Source: Pyrinomonadaceae bacterium (GTDB taxonomy: Bacteria > Acidobacteriota > Blastocatellia > Pyrinomonadales > Pyrinomonadaceae). Taken from it: a DNA stretch of 64,000 nt. Shown piece by piece: positions 47,763-56,227 of the stretch. Position 1 is the stretch's first letter; every line of letters starts with the position of its first letter. The stretch covers positions 4,571-68,570 of the forward strand of contig JANLYH010000132.1 in assembly GCA_031365545.1 (NCBI GenBank), given 5' to 3'. The position numbers were made by a program, and so were the translations under genes. The notes beneath the pieces are model-generated. The model worked only from the letters and a program-made list of their open reading frames with translations, was not told the DNA's origin and did not search any database.

Positions 47763-48926
47763 TCAGTGTGGCGGGGCAGACGGTGATGGTAAGCGGAAGC
47801 GTCCGACAGAACTTTCACCGATACTTCCGAAGTAAAGTGTTCCCTGGCGCTCAACCGCGTTGGCGATCTCGGCATAGCACTGAGGAGATCCGTCCTGGAG
47901 GTTATCAATCACGTGGCCGTTAACATCCAACCCCAGCACAAAGCTGTAGCGTTTGGGCGCCGGTTGCAGAAGCTTTGGTAGACGCGCCACGGCTTTTCTG
48001 AGGAAGGGATGAGGCAGCAGTGTGTCGAGAACACCATCGCGCGGCGTAACCAGTGCGAGCCAGAATTCGCCTTTTCCGTTTGAGGATATACCGTCAGGAA
48101 ATCCCGGCAGGTTGTCGATGAAGATTTCTGATGTTCCGTACTTCGGACCGCCGATCCACGTTCGACTCTCAATGTACGCTACTTGAGTCGGACCTTTGTT
48201 CAGCCAAACACGATCTACGCAATAGTTTCCAGTTTCTACTACTAGAACAAAGCTTTGATCGGGACTTACGGCCACACCGTTCGCAAAATAGAGGTGACTT
48301 AGGAGCGTCCTGGTCGTCTTCGTCTTAGGGTCATAGGCAAGCAATCGTCCGTTTGGCCCGTGCTCCAGCAAGTCGGCCGTGAAATCTGTAAGCGGATACT
48401 TGCTTGAGGCGTCTGTGAAATAGATCGTCCCATCTGCCGCTACATCAAGGTCGTTGGTGCACCCGAAAGGCACGCCATCCGCTGCGGTAGTCAGCACAGT
48501 TACGGAACCATCGCGAGAGATTGACAACAATCCCTTAATCGCGTCCGCGACGATCAAATTGCCGCCGGGGTTAAAAGCAAATCCCAGCGGGCGGCCGTGT
48601 GTGTTTGAGAAAACCTCTGGCTTCGTGCCATCAGCTTGCAGACGCATGACGCGGCCATCATCGAGTCCGGTGTAGATGCGGCCTTCCGCGTCGAGGGCAA
48701 CGTCCTCAGGGCCGAAGCCAGCGCCTGCACTCGGTGTTCCAGTGCCTAACGAAAGCCGCTCGGTAGTTGAGAGAAGCGAGTTTTGCTGATACTGCGCCGT
48801 CAGCGGCGGCGCGGGCTGAGGAGTCCACGCGAGCGGAGAGATCCGAACCGGCCAGAAGAGAAGATAGAGAACGACGATCACACCGAAGGCAGCAAGAATG
48901 AGGAACATCCGTCTAGGTTTTGACAT
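47763..48926 (-). CDS. Membrane-anchored strictosidine-synthase-like / SMP-30-type beta-propeller protein
   Basis: N-terminal TM helix, NDLDVAADGTIYFTDASSKYPL and LYFANGVAVSPD motifs, as in Str_synth/APMAP-like proteins. Confidence 0.65.
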   Translation of the reverse strand: MSKPRRMFLILAAFGVIVVLYLLFWPVRISPLAWTPQPAPPLTAQYQQNSLLSTTERLSLGTGTPSAGAGFGPEDVALDAEGRIYTGLDDGRVMRLQADGTKPEVFSNTHGRPLGFAFNPGGNLIVADAIKGLLSISRDGSVTVLTTAADGVPFGCTNDLDVAADGTIYFTDASSKYPLTDFTADLLEHGPNGRLLAYDPKTKTTRTLLSHLYFANGVAVSPDQSFVLVVETGNYCVDRVWLNKGPTQVAYIESRTWIGGPKYGTSEIFIDNLPGFPDGISSNGKGEFWLALVTPRDGVLDTLLPHPFLRKAVARLPKLLQPAPKRYSFVLGLDVNGHVIDNLQDGSPQCYAEIANAVERQGTLYFGSIGESSVGRFRLPSPSAPPH

Positions 48927-48931
48927 GAGTT

Positions 48932-49747
48932 CTAGCGTTCGCCGCGCGCTTCTTCTACCTGGCTCTCCATCTGTACGTTGAGCTGGCGGATTTGCGGTTG
49001 ATCCATTGGCTCGATCAAGCGCAGCGCTTCATCAAGCACTCGTCGCTGATGCTCGGGCCAGTTTGGCAATCCGGCGACTGCGCCCAGTTTGCCGGCGTAG
49101 AGCGCGGCGCGAGGGGGGCGCACACTCGCGATCACTTCCTTGTCGATTGCCAGAGTCATCGTCGGAATGTTGATCTCCTCGAGTGCTCGAGCGATCAGTG
49201 AAATGGATTGGTGGCAAAGCCGCGAGGCGGGAATCAGCAGCGCTGCCTGCACCTCGTAGCGATTAACTCGTTCAACCAGTCGGGGAATCATTTCGTCCAC
49301 CAAGGCCGCAGCATTGGGAATGAAGCCGCAACAACTCCAGAAGACCGGATTGAGTTGGCCGATAATCCCATTGCCTTCAAATTCCAGGAGGCGGCCAAGT
49401 GGCAGCAGACAGTTGCTGTCGCTTTCGACGGCTGCGGGGTCAAAACCGCGTGCCGAAAACCGGAGATCCGAGGCATCGATTTGCGTGGGAATCTCGCGGA
49501 AGCTCAGGTCTCCACCCGTCGCGTTGGTGTCAAACGCGTCAGTTCCGTCGGTGTAAGCACCAGCGGAGGAGATGAGCGCCAGGTTAAGCATCGGCAAAGC
49601 ACGACGAGCCGGCGCAAAGGGAGCGCGCTTATTTTTTACAAAAGGGTAAGATTCAGAGACGTCGTCGTGACCGCTACCGGCCGTCGTGTCCTGTCGCCAG
49701 CTGGAGTAACTGCGGCGCCACTCTTCAATGTTTTCGATAATTTCCAA
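48932..49747 (-). CDS. Glycine/sarcosine/betaine/D-proline reductase component-B-family (GrdB/PrdB-like) protein, non-selenoprotein form
   Basis: Family-like layout: LALISSAGAY..GDLSFREIP..., DSNCLLPLGRLLEFEGNGIIG, LLIPASRLCHQSISLIARALEEINIPT. There is no in-frame TGA. TTG start. The assignment is from memory of the family pattern only. Confidence 0.5.
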   Translation of the reverse strand: MEIIENIEEWRRSYSSWRQDTTAGSGHDDVSESYPFVKNKRAPFAPARRALPMLNLALISSAGAYTDGTDAFDTNATGGDLSFREIPTQIDASDLRFSARGFDPAAVESDSNCLLPLGRLLEFEGNGIIGQLNPVFWSCCGFIPNAAALVDEMIPRLVERVNRYEVQAALLIPASRLCHQSISLIARALEEINIPTMTLAIDKEVIASVRPPRAALYAGKLGAVAGLPNWPEHQRRVLDEALRLIEPMDQPQIRQLNVQMESQVEEARGER

Positions 49748-49795
49748 CTTGCAGCAGTTCTCCTCAATCGATTGTGAACTTAGGTTTCGTTACAA

Positions 49796-52045
49796 CTAAT
49801 TACGTTTCGAAAAACAACTTGGATATGGCGCAAACTTTGCTTCGTCAATCCCAACGTTGTGTTTAATTTCGGTGAGCTTATAGACTACGCCAGCGCCAGC
49901 GAAAACTTCCTCGCGAACCATGAACGGCAGTTTGATGCCATTTACTTCACGATAATCGCCATAGTAAGTGTCGCCCTTGCGTGCCAGCAGCCCACTTTCC
50001 ACATCGAAGTACCATTTCTCGAAACCCAGACGCAACGCGTAAACGTCCTTGCCGTTTAGTTTTTCTTTCCCAAGCAATACCGGGTTCGGATACAGTTCGG
50101 CCAGTTTCGCCTGCTTATTGAAAACGGCGCTGGCTTTTACCATCTCCAGCCCGAGTCCGGTAAATCTTATAAGGCCCTGAAGCGGGTCTTGCAACCATCC
50201 GCGTGTGCCATCGAAGGTGCGTTGCATCACACCCAGTCCCGGGGCGTCCATAATCATGCTCAACTTATTGGGCGACTGCTCGAAAACCTCGACCGTTCCG
50301 CGAACGTCGAGTGAGGTAAGCTCAACGGTTCCGGTTGAGACTCGACTGGTGATTTTTTCGAAAGCACTTCTGCCGCCACTGGCTTCTACATACCGCTCAA
50401 GAATTGCCTGCACGGAAGGCAGCCCCGAAACTTTGGTTGACTCCGAAGCGTTCGACGCTCCCTTTACCGGCAACGGTGGTGGAGTCTCGATGATAATTTT
50501 CGTAACTGGTGGCGGCGTGCCTATGGCCAAGCGTACGGGCGCAACTACGTTTGCGGTAGCGCGCGGCAGCCCTTCAACTTTAGAAATGTCGGCTAGCAAC
50601 TCCCCCGGTCGCGGACGCGAACGAATCTCCCGGCGCAGACGGACAATTGCAGCAGTGAGCTGCGGATCGCCTCCGTGAAGCAGGCCTCTGCGGCTGAGAC
50701 CAACGTTTATGTCTGGAACGACACCCTGGCCCTCGAGCCGTTTACCTGTCTGAGTTTCGAAATTCGCAAAGCCATATTGAAAGATGGCTCCCGTGGGAAG
50801 CTTCTTGATCGCCGAAGGTAAAGTGTTTCCGGCACTTCGTTCACCAACCAACGTCGCGCGGCCGGCCTCCTGTAGTCCACTAGCAAACATTTCTCCGGCT
50901 GATTGAGTTGAGCCGTCAACGAGAATTACCAAGGGGCCGGAATAAGGAGCATCCTGCGGAAACACAAACAGCGGAATGGCGCCAGTACGCGTTTGCATTG
51001 TTCCCATTAAAGTTGGAGTTGTTTCCAATAGGCCGGTTAGGCCCCCGATCATTCCCAGGAGACCGCCTTGATTACCGCGCAGATCCAGAATGATACCGGG
51101 TGCATCTTTCATGGTGCGAAGCGCACCGCACAATTCTTCCATCAGCGAGGGAACAAAAGCGCTAAAGCGAATGTAGCCGATGCCACCAGGCAAACGTCTC
51201 GCTTCAAACTCCGTGTAGAGCGAGGGCAGGTTACCGATCGCCGGCGACATTTCGCCTTTAAGGCGTTCGCGCTGGATGTGTACTGTGCGCAGGCGATTTC
51301 GGGCATCGAGGTAACCCAGGCTTACCGATGAGGCCTCCTCGCCATTGATGAGTCCGGCGATCAGGAAGATGGGAAGTTCCGGACGAATGATTGCTCCCCA
51401 GAGTGGATGCTTCTCGATTTCGGCAATTACCTGATCCATCGAGCGATCGCCAACCTTCTTGATAATAAAACCGGGACGCAGGCCCGCCCGGGCCGCTGCA
51501 GAACCCGGGTCAACCCGAGTCAAGACCGCCGACCCTTTGAGCACGCGGAGATCAATTCCGATCCCGGTCAGGAGGCGGTCCGTCAGTTTGTAACGAAGGT
51601 CGTCGAAGGGTTCCTCGGTTTCCTTTTCGTCAGTGTTGTTGTCAGCGTCAGCACCCTCTTTTTTTCCGAGAGTCAGGCGAAGCTTCGGTATTGCCTCTTT
51701 GGGGACCACCATGAAATGAGATTGGTGAAGTTCGTTCAGCATTTGCTGTAACAGACCGTGGAGCTCGCTGTCGCTGTGAACGTTTGCTACCCGAGGTTCG
51801 TAGCGCGCGCGCACGCCTGCCCAGTCGACACCGCCAAACCGCGGGTCATAGAACTGGTCATTTACAGTTTGCCAAACAATTTGGAAAGCCTCTTGACGTT
51901 TGCTTTGATCCGATTGCACCGCGGGCGCGGCGCTGGCCGACCCGGGCACGCTCGGTTGTTGTCCGAATGCCTGTGGGGCCCGAACTGCGAGTAATAGCAA
52001 AACAAGCAGGACCGCCGACCGGATTATGATCGTGAGGCGTTTCAT
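49796..52045 (-). CDS. Exported S41-family (tail-specific/C-terminal processing) peptidase with a PDZ domain and an extra C-terminal domain
   Basis: The start is trimmed to ATG 52045 (MKRLTIIIRSAVLLVLLLLAVRA signal), which forms an ATGA overlap with the upstream gene's stop. ILDLRGNQGG and VILVDGSTQSAGEMFA (catalytic Ser region). A C-terminal domain of about 190 aa of unknown type. Confidence 0.8.
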   Translation of the reverse strand: MKRLTIIIRSAVLLVLLLLAVRAPQAFGQQPSVPGSASAAPAVQSDQSKRQEAFQIVWQTVNDQFYDPRFGGVDWAGVRARYEPRVANVHSDSELHGLLQQMLNELHQSHFMVVPKEAIPKLRLTLGKKEGADADNNTDEKETEEPFDDLRYKLTDRLLTGIGIDLRVLKGSAVLTRVDPGSAAARAGLRPGFIIKKVGDRSMDQVIAEIEKHPLWGAIIRPELPIFLIAGLINGEEASSVSLGYLDARNRLRTVHIQRERLKGEMSPAIGNLPSLYTEFEARRLPGGIGYIRFSAFVPSLMEELCGALRTMKDAPGIILDLRGNQGGLLGMIGGLTGLLETTPTLMGTMQTRTGAIPLFVFPQDAPYSGPLVILVDGSTQSAGEMFASGLQEAGRATLVGERSAGNTLPSAIKKLPTGAIFQYGFANFETQTGKRLEGQGVVPDINVGLSRRGLLHGGDPQLTAAIVRLRREIRSRPRPGELLADISKVEGLPRATANVVAPVRLAIGTPPPVTKIIIETPPPLPVKGASNASESTKVSGLPSVQAILERYVEASGGRSAFEKITSRVSTGTVELTSLDVRGTVEVFEQSPNKLSMIMDAPGLGVMQRTFDGTRGWLQDPLQGLIRFTGLGLEMVKASAVFNKQAKLAELYPNPVLLGKEKLNGKDVYALRLGFEKWYFDVESGLLARKGDTYYGDYREVNGIKLPFMVREEVFAGAGVVYKLTEIKHNVGIDEAKFAPYPSCFSKRN

Positions 52046-52557
52046 GCGTTGGGAGCTGTGCCAACCCTTTCGCGAGCGAAAACCATTAGTAAGAGGACGA
52101 TCAAAGCAGCAATCATGGCGACGCCCAAGGCGCCGACGGAATAACCGTGCAGGGCCGCAAAGGCGGTGCGGTTTGGGTCGGTCAGCGGCACCTGATCGAT
52201 TTGCCCGTGCATAGCAACTCGCAACGCGCGCATCTTCGCGGCGATGACCCATTCCCCGACTCCGCAAGAAATCGCCACAATCAGGAGTAGAACATTCTGG
52301 AGCGTAAACGAGGCCCGAGCGTAAGCTTTCCTGGCCGCAGGCGCGGTGACGAGCAAGAGCAGGCCAACTAATACTCCGCTTTTGTTTACAACAGATAACG
52401 AGCGGCTAACAATAGTGCCGGCAATCTCGCCGGCATTCGTCAAACTGAAAGATCGCAAGACGCCAAAAGCACCTGGAGCAACGACCGCGCTGAAGTAAAG
52501 CGCCACGCCCAGCCACGCAGCTAATAACAACATTCTGATGCGATTTAGGTTTGCCAA
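52042..52557 (-). CDS. DUF4149-like (TMEM205-like) membrane protein
   Basis: Four predicted TM helices and AVVAPGAFGVL near the N-terminus. TTG start at 52557, or ATG at 52533. Confidence 0.55.
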   Translation of the reverse strand: MANLNRIRMLLLAAWLGVALYFSAVVAPGAFGVLRSFSLTNAGEIAGTIVSRSLSVVNKSGVLVGLLLLVTAPAARKAYARASFTLQNVLLLIVAISCGVGEWVIAAKMRALRVAMHGQIDQVPLTDPNRTAFAALHGYSVGALGVAMIAALIVLLLMVFARERVGTAPNA

Positions 52558-52566
52558 AAGTAGTCT

Positions 52567-53004
52567 CTAATCGTATTCGGTTATTTCGGCCAGTAAAGCG
52601 ATCCGCGGAACGCGAAAATCTGGCTGCGTCAACTCGCGCGGATCAGGCACGGTCAACAGCCATGAGAGCGCGGTGTCGAGTTGAGCCTGATACTCTTCGA
52701 GGTCGAGCGACATGAAAATGTTTGTTCCCAGGCGCGCAAACTTTTCTTTCGCGCGGGTATACATTTGACGCGCTGCCCCCGGCCTGCCGATTTCTAAATG
52801 ATGAAAGGCCACGGCTGATTGAATCATCGCTTGCAGAAACAGTTTCTCTTGCGGCCCGACTTCGCCCATCCAACGTTCTTCCCAGACATCGTGAGCGGCG
52901 TGAAACTCGCCGGCGTTGTAGAGATCAATTCCGGCTATGTATTCGATCGGATAAGCCGAGATGTGGGCATCCGTGTATGGCGTTGTGGTGGCGCTGAGAT
53001 TCAT
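52567..53004 (-). CDS. DUF309-domain protein
   Basis: GIDLYNAGEFHAAHDVWEERW ... FLQAMIQSAVAFHHLEIGRPGAARQ matches the DUF309 signature. The start ATG overlaps the upstream stop (ATGA at 53001-53004). Confidence 0.7.
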   Translation of the reverse strand: MNLSATTTPYTDAHISAYPIEYIAGIDLYNAGEFHAAHDVWEERWMGEVGPQEKLFLQAMIQSAVAFHHLEIGRPGAARQMYTRAKEKFARLGTNIFMSLDLEEYQAQLDTALSWLLTVPDPRELTQPDFRVPRIALLAEITEYD

Positions 53005-53945
53005 TGGCGGTTCGATCCGCCTGATCGCGCGTGACCTCCCTGCAAGCGCGACGCGATTACTTTTGCGGCAGTAGCGCCCGCACCGGCGGCGCTGCTGATG
53101 GTCGGCGCGAGGGGATTCGACACGTCACCGACTGCAAATACATTCGTCATAGTTGTCTCTTGCTGGTTGCTGACAACAACGTAGCTTTCCTCGTCCAATC
53201 CCAGTTGCTCGCGGAAGAGTTCAGTGTTTGGTCGCACTCCGATGCGAATTACGACCCCTTGCACGGCCATCTGGAAAGGCTTCAGTGCTTCTTTTCGTAG
53301 AATTTCAACGGCCTCCACTTTGTTGTTTCCCAGAATACTGGTCACGGCAGACTCGGGAAAAACCGTGATGCAGTGTTGACCTTTTAGCTGCTGCACAAAA
53401 GCTGGCCGCGCACGCAACGCCCTGCCTCGATGGACGAGCGTTACTGTAGGACAAACCTCAGCTAACAAGAGCGAGTTTTCAACCGCGGCATCGCCCCCGC
53501 CAATAACGCAAACATCCTTGCCGGCAAACTCTTCGCGGTCCCTGCTGGGGGATTCAATGATGCCATGCCCCACAAACTCTTTCTCACCCGGAATTCCGAG
53601 CTGCCTGCGGCTCACGCCCGTGGCAATAATAAGCGATATTGACTGCAACTCTTCATTGCTACGCAGGCGAACTTTTTTTGCTTTCAGGTCCACGCTTTCG
53701 ATTTCGACGTTTGTCCAAAGATCGAAATCTGCTTCTGCGACACGCTCTGAAAAGCGCTCAAGAAACTCGCGCCCGTACGCCGCCTGCACGCCGGGATAGT
53801 TTTCTATCCGCCCGTAGATCGAATGGAGTTGTCCACCCGTCTGCTCCTTTTGTTCGAGCACGAGCGTGTCGAGGCCGAGTTCATCGCACCAGAGGGCTGC
53901 TGAAAGGCCTGCCGGGCCCGCGCCAATAATGATCACGTCAAGCAT
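53001..53945 (-). CDS. Thioredoxin-reductase-like FAD/NAD(P) oxidoreductase lacking the CxxC redox centre
   Basis: IIIGAGPAGLSAAL (FAD), VCVIGGGDAAVE (NADPH) and FAVGDV. There is no Cys pair where TrxB carries CATC; the region reads GHGIIESPSRD. Confidence 0.82.
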   Translation of the reverse strand: MLDVIIIGAGPAGLSAALWCDELGLDTLVLEQKEQTGGQLHSIYGRIENYPGVQAAYGREFLERFSERVAEADFDLWTNVEIESVDLKAKKVRLRSNEELQSISLIIATGVSRRQLGIPGEKEFVGHGIIESPSRDREEFAGKDVCVIGGGDAAVENSLLLAEVCPTVTLVHRGRALRARPAFVQQLKGQHCITVFPESAVTSILGNNKVEAVEILRKEALKPFQMAVQGVVIRIGVRPNTELFREQLGLDEESYVVVSNQQETTMTNVFAVGDVSNPLAPTISSAAGAGATAAKVIASRLQGGHARSGGSNRQ

Positions 53946-53957
53946 GAGTGCATTAAG

Positions 53958-54977
53958 CTAACCGGCGGCAAGTTTGGCTTCGCCGGAAGTTGTATTCGCG
54001 ATAATCGCTTTGGCAACTTCATCAGGCGTAAGCGTTGAAGCCGCAAGCGTGCCGTCACTACTCTGAAATTTGACTGCCGACGCCAATTCGCCGGAATCCA
54101 GCTTCCACTCGCCGGCGTGCTCGCGCTCGATTCGATTGAGTTCCGTCAATAGCCGCGAAAAGTCGCGTCGGGCGATGCGCGGTCGGACGATTGTCTCGGC
54201 CCATGAGTAGTAGGGGTAATCAATTCGATAGGCCCAACCCTTTTCCAATGGTGTGCTAATCAAAAAGAGCCGGCCTTTCGCGTAGCGCGAGATTGCTGTG
54301 TAAGGCGCCGCGTGTCGGGTCGGCTTGAAACCAGATGGACTAAACACGTCCGGTGCCAGCATGATTAGTGAAATACCAGCTTCAGTAAACTCGGTCACAG
54401 TTGAGGCGCCGCGCTCAAAACTCTCAATGGCTTTGGCAATGTTGTCCCAGGCGCTGCGCCACAGTGGTTCATAGTCCTCAGTTTGGGTCAACACGCGTTC
54501 GACTTCAGGCAGCACTAACTCGTAGGCCGCGGCATCGTCCACCGGCTTACCCGCCAGCTGCCGGGCAAGCGGCGAGTTTGATTCATCATTGGGAATTGGC
54601 TGATCCGATCCCTGAATCACGATGCTCGCGCGCACCCCCGCTTCGGTCTTGAATTCGGAAAAGTCGCCGGCCTCCGCCGCGGAAATTAGTTGCTCGCGCA
54701 AGTCGAGAGAGCGCGCGCCCGTGAGAACGGTCCAAACTGACAGCACGCCGTCAGTATCAAAATGATTGTTGGTCACTAACTCGATGCCGCGCGTAAGTTC
54801 TGCGCGGTTTGGAGCGGCGACCAGATTCAAGGCAATCTCCGTTGACGTGTCCGCCTTTAATGCCCTCGGCGTTTCGTTTCCCTGCCAGTGGGAGAAGTGA
54901 ACCGAGTTAGCCACCGTCCCATCGACAGACAGTTTGGGGATGTCGTCAAGGCCGGAATGATAATACTCAAAGCGCAT
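53958..54977 (-). CDS. Hypothetical protein (339 aa)
   Basis: First gene of the co-directional run. It has NNHFDTDGVLSVW and a conserved-looking core, but I recognise no family. Confidence 0.45.
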   Translation of the reverse strand: MRFEYYHSGLDDIPKLSVDGTVANSVHFSHWQGNETPRALKADTSTEIALNLVAAPNRAELTRGIELVTNNHFDTDGVLSVWTVLTGARSLDLREQLISAAEAGDFSEFKTEAGVRASIVIQGSDQPIPNDESNSPLARQLAGKPVDDAAAYELVLPEVERVLTQTEDYEPLWRSAWDNIAKAIESFERGASTVTEFTEAGISLIMLAPDVFSPSGFKPTRHAAPYTAISRYAKGRLFLISTPLEKGWAYRIDYPYYSWAETIVRPRIARRDFSRLLTELNRIEREHAGEWKLDSGELASAVKFQSSDGTLAASTLTPDEVAKAIIANTTSGEAKLAAG

Positions 54978-55082
54978 AAAGCGCCTCCTTGTCTTGAGGG
55001 GATCGTAACCTCTGAGTTAGACAAACAGTCTAGCCGATAGTTGTAATGAACGAGAAATTTGGCGAACGCTCCGGTACCTGTT

Positions 55083-55183
55083 TTCTCTGTGAAACCTCCG
55101 TGCGCTCTGCGTCTCTGTCGTGAACCGAACGGTAAGCAAATACTTACCACAGAGACACGGAGAACACAGCGGAGGCACAGAAG
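55083..55183. repeat. Long imperfect inverted repeat (about 36-40 nt arms) in a divergent intergenic region
   Basis: ttctctgtgaaacctccgtgcgctctgcgtctctgtcgtg (55083-55122) and cacagagacacggagaacacagcggaggcacagaag (55148-55183). Matching blocks are ttctgtg, cctccg and gtctctgt. An inner hairpin ggtaag-caaata-cttacc lies at the apex. Confidence 0.7.
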
Positions 55184-55321
55184 ATGATTTCAATTGAACC
55201 CACTACCCGACGTTCCAGACCGTGGGAGCGGGCAGCAAGGACCCTCGGATTCTTGTGTACCCTAACGCACGTGGATAGAATGCGGACTCAAATTGATTTT
55301 ACTTTTGCCCCGGGAGGAATA

Positions 55322-55663
55322 ATGAACGGAACGACTCAACCGATGGCGGAAATTACTGCGACGGAACTGAAGCAACGTCTGGACAACGGTGACGACATTC
55401 AGATAGTCGACGTGCGGGAGGATAACGAAGTGGCAATCGCTAAGTTGCCAAACTCGATTCACATTCCGCTGGCGCAAGTGCTAAACCGAATGTCGGAGAT
55501 TGATCCGGCACGCGAGACGGTGGTGCATTGCAAGATGGGCGGCCGCAGCGCCCGCGCGATCGACGCGCTGAAGCGTTCCGGCTTTACCGGCAACTTACTC
55601 AACCTTGCTGGTGGCATTACCGCCTGGTCGAATGATGTCGATCCGAGCGTGCCGAAATATTGA
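55322..55663 (+). CDS. Single-domain rhodanese (sulfurtransferase)
   Basis: The start is trimmed to ATG 55322, with a GGGAGGA SD. Active-site loop CKMGGRSARA. DVRE..E. Confidence 0.85.
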   Translation: MNGTTQPMAEITATELKQRLDNGDDIQIVDVREDNEVAIAKLPNSIHIPLAQVLNRMSEIDPARETVVHCKMGGRSARAIDALKRSGFTGNLLNLAGGITAWSNDVDPSVPKY

Positions 55664-55705
55664 AGTGATGAGTGACGAGCACTGAGTGATGAGTACTGAG
55701 TAAAG
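55664..55705. repeat. Heptamer array (AGTRMTG x6) starting immediately after the stop codon; no inverted partner found
   Basis: agtgatg agtgacg agcactg agtgatg agtactg agtaaag (55664-55705), directly after the rhodanese TGA (55661-55663). It is the same unit family as the 6821 locus. Confidence 0.8.
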
Positions 55706-55775
55706 CCAGAATTTGCACGTCCGTTCGTAGAGCAACTCTAAAAGAACCGGCCTTCAACAAATTCCGTCCAGTGTC

Positions 55776-56117
55776 CTACTTATTCGTGATGCCTTCGAGC
55801 TTAATGAAAGGAGCCATCGAAGTAATCGTCATTCCTTCGATCACTTCCATGCGGCAGGCAAGTCCGGGTTTATCGTTTTCTTTCGATTCGCCCTCGGTGT
55901 GGTACCAGATTTGGCAATTGGTACACTCGCCGTTCCAACAAAAATCTCCGTAAGAAATTGTCTTGAGTGAGAGAAACTGAAAACAGCGGAGCAGACGATT
56001 CTTTTCGGGGACCTCGACCTTCTTTCCCAACACCTCGATGCCAACCAGACGCTCATAAGGATCAAGCAAGTCGTTGTCGGCTGGTGGCGCCATCGGCTCG
56101 CAAGTCTGCTCGCTCAT
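55776..56117 (-). CDS. Small (2Fe-2S)-binding protein (Fer2_4-like)
   Basis: Cys pattern FCWNGECTNCQIWY ... LACRMEV (C-x4-C-x2-C ... C), as in the N-terminal 2Fe-2S module of sarcosine-oxidase-alpha/HCN-synthase-type proteins. Confidence 0.55.
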   Translation of the reverse strand: MSEQTCEPMAPPADNDLLDPYERLVGIEVLGKKVEVPEKNRLLRCFQFLSLKTISYGDFCWNGECTNCQIWYHTEGESKENDKPGLACRMEVIEGMTITSMAPFIKLEGITNK

Positions 56118-56227
56118 GCCCGAAAGTATAGCCGTTCATTGGTCAAATTAACATCGCGATTTTTCGGAAACACTTCAGACATTTCTGATCTTCACGCTTA
56201 CGTTGCTAGAATACCTCTCACACGGAG

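Noticed and set aside
48932-49747. A possible selenocysteine (in-frame TGA) in the GrdB/PrdB-like gene.
   Set aside because: The ORF is uninterrupted from start to stop with no internal TGA, and no SECIS-like hairpin is needed. I treat it as a non-selenoprotein homolog.
46228-49747. Horizontal acquisition of the PKS region, judged from lower GC.
   Set aside because: Hand counts of individual 60-nt lines ranged from about 47% to 58% GC, which is not clearly different from the rest of the window. No flanking tRNA, integrase or direct repeats are present.
52046-52267. A 74-codon N-terminal extension of the S41 protease ORF (MRSRGMGHRRED...).
   Set aside because: The extension would overlap the DUF4149 gene. 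The internal ATG at 52045 is followed directly by a typical signal peptide and forms an ATGA overlap with the upstream stop. I applied the same logic to trim ORFs at 697, 23668, 31322, 34838, 36973, 40389, 55184 and 60596.
56183-56212. A sigma-70-like promoter (TTCTGA-18 nt-TAGAAT) upstream of the glutaredoxin gene.
   Set aside because: The hexamers are plausible, but promoter consensus in this lineage is uncertain and the match is not statistically distinctive. I did not report it as a feature.
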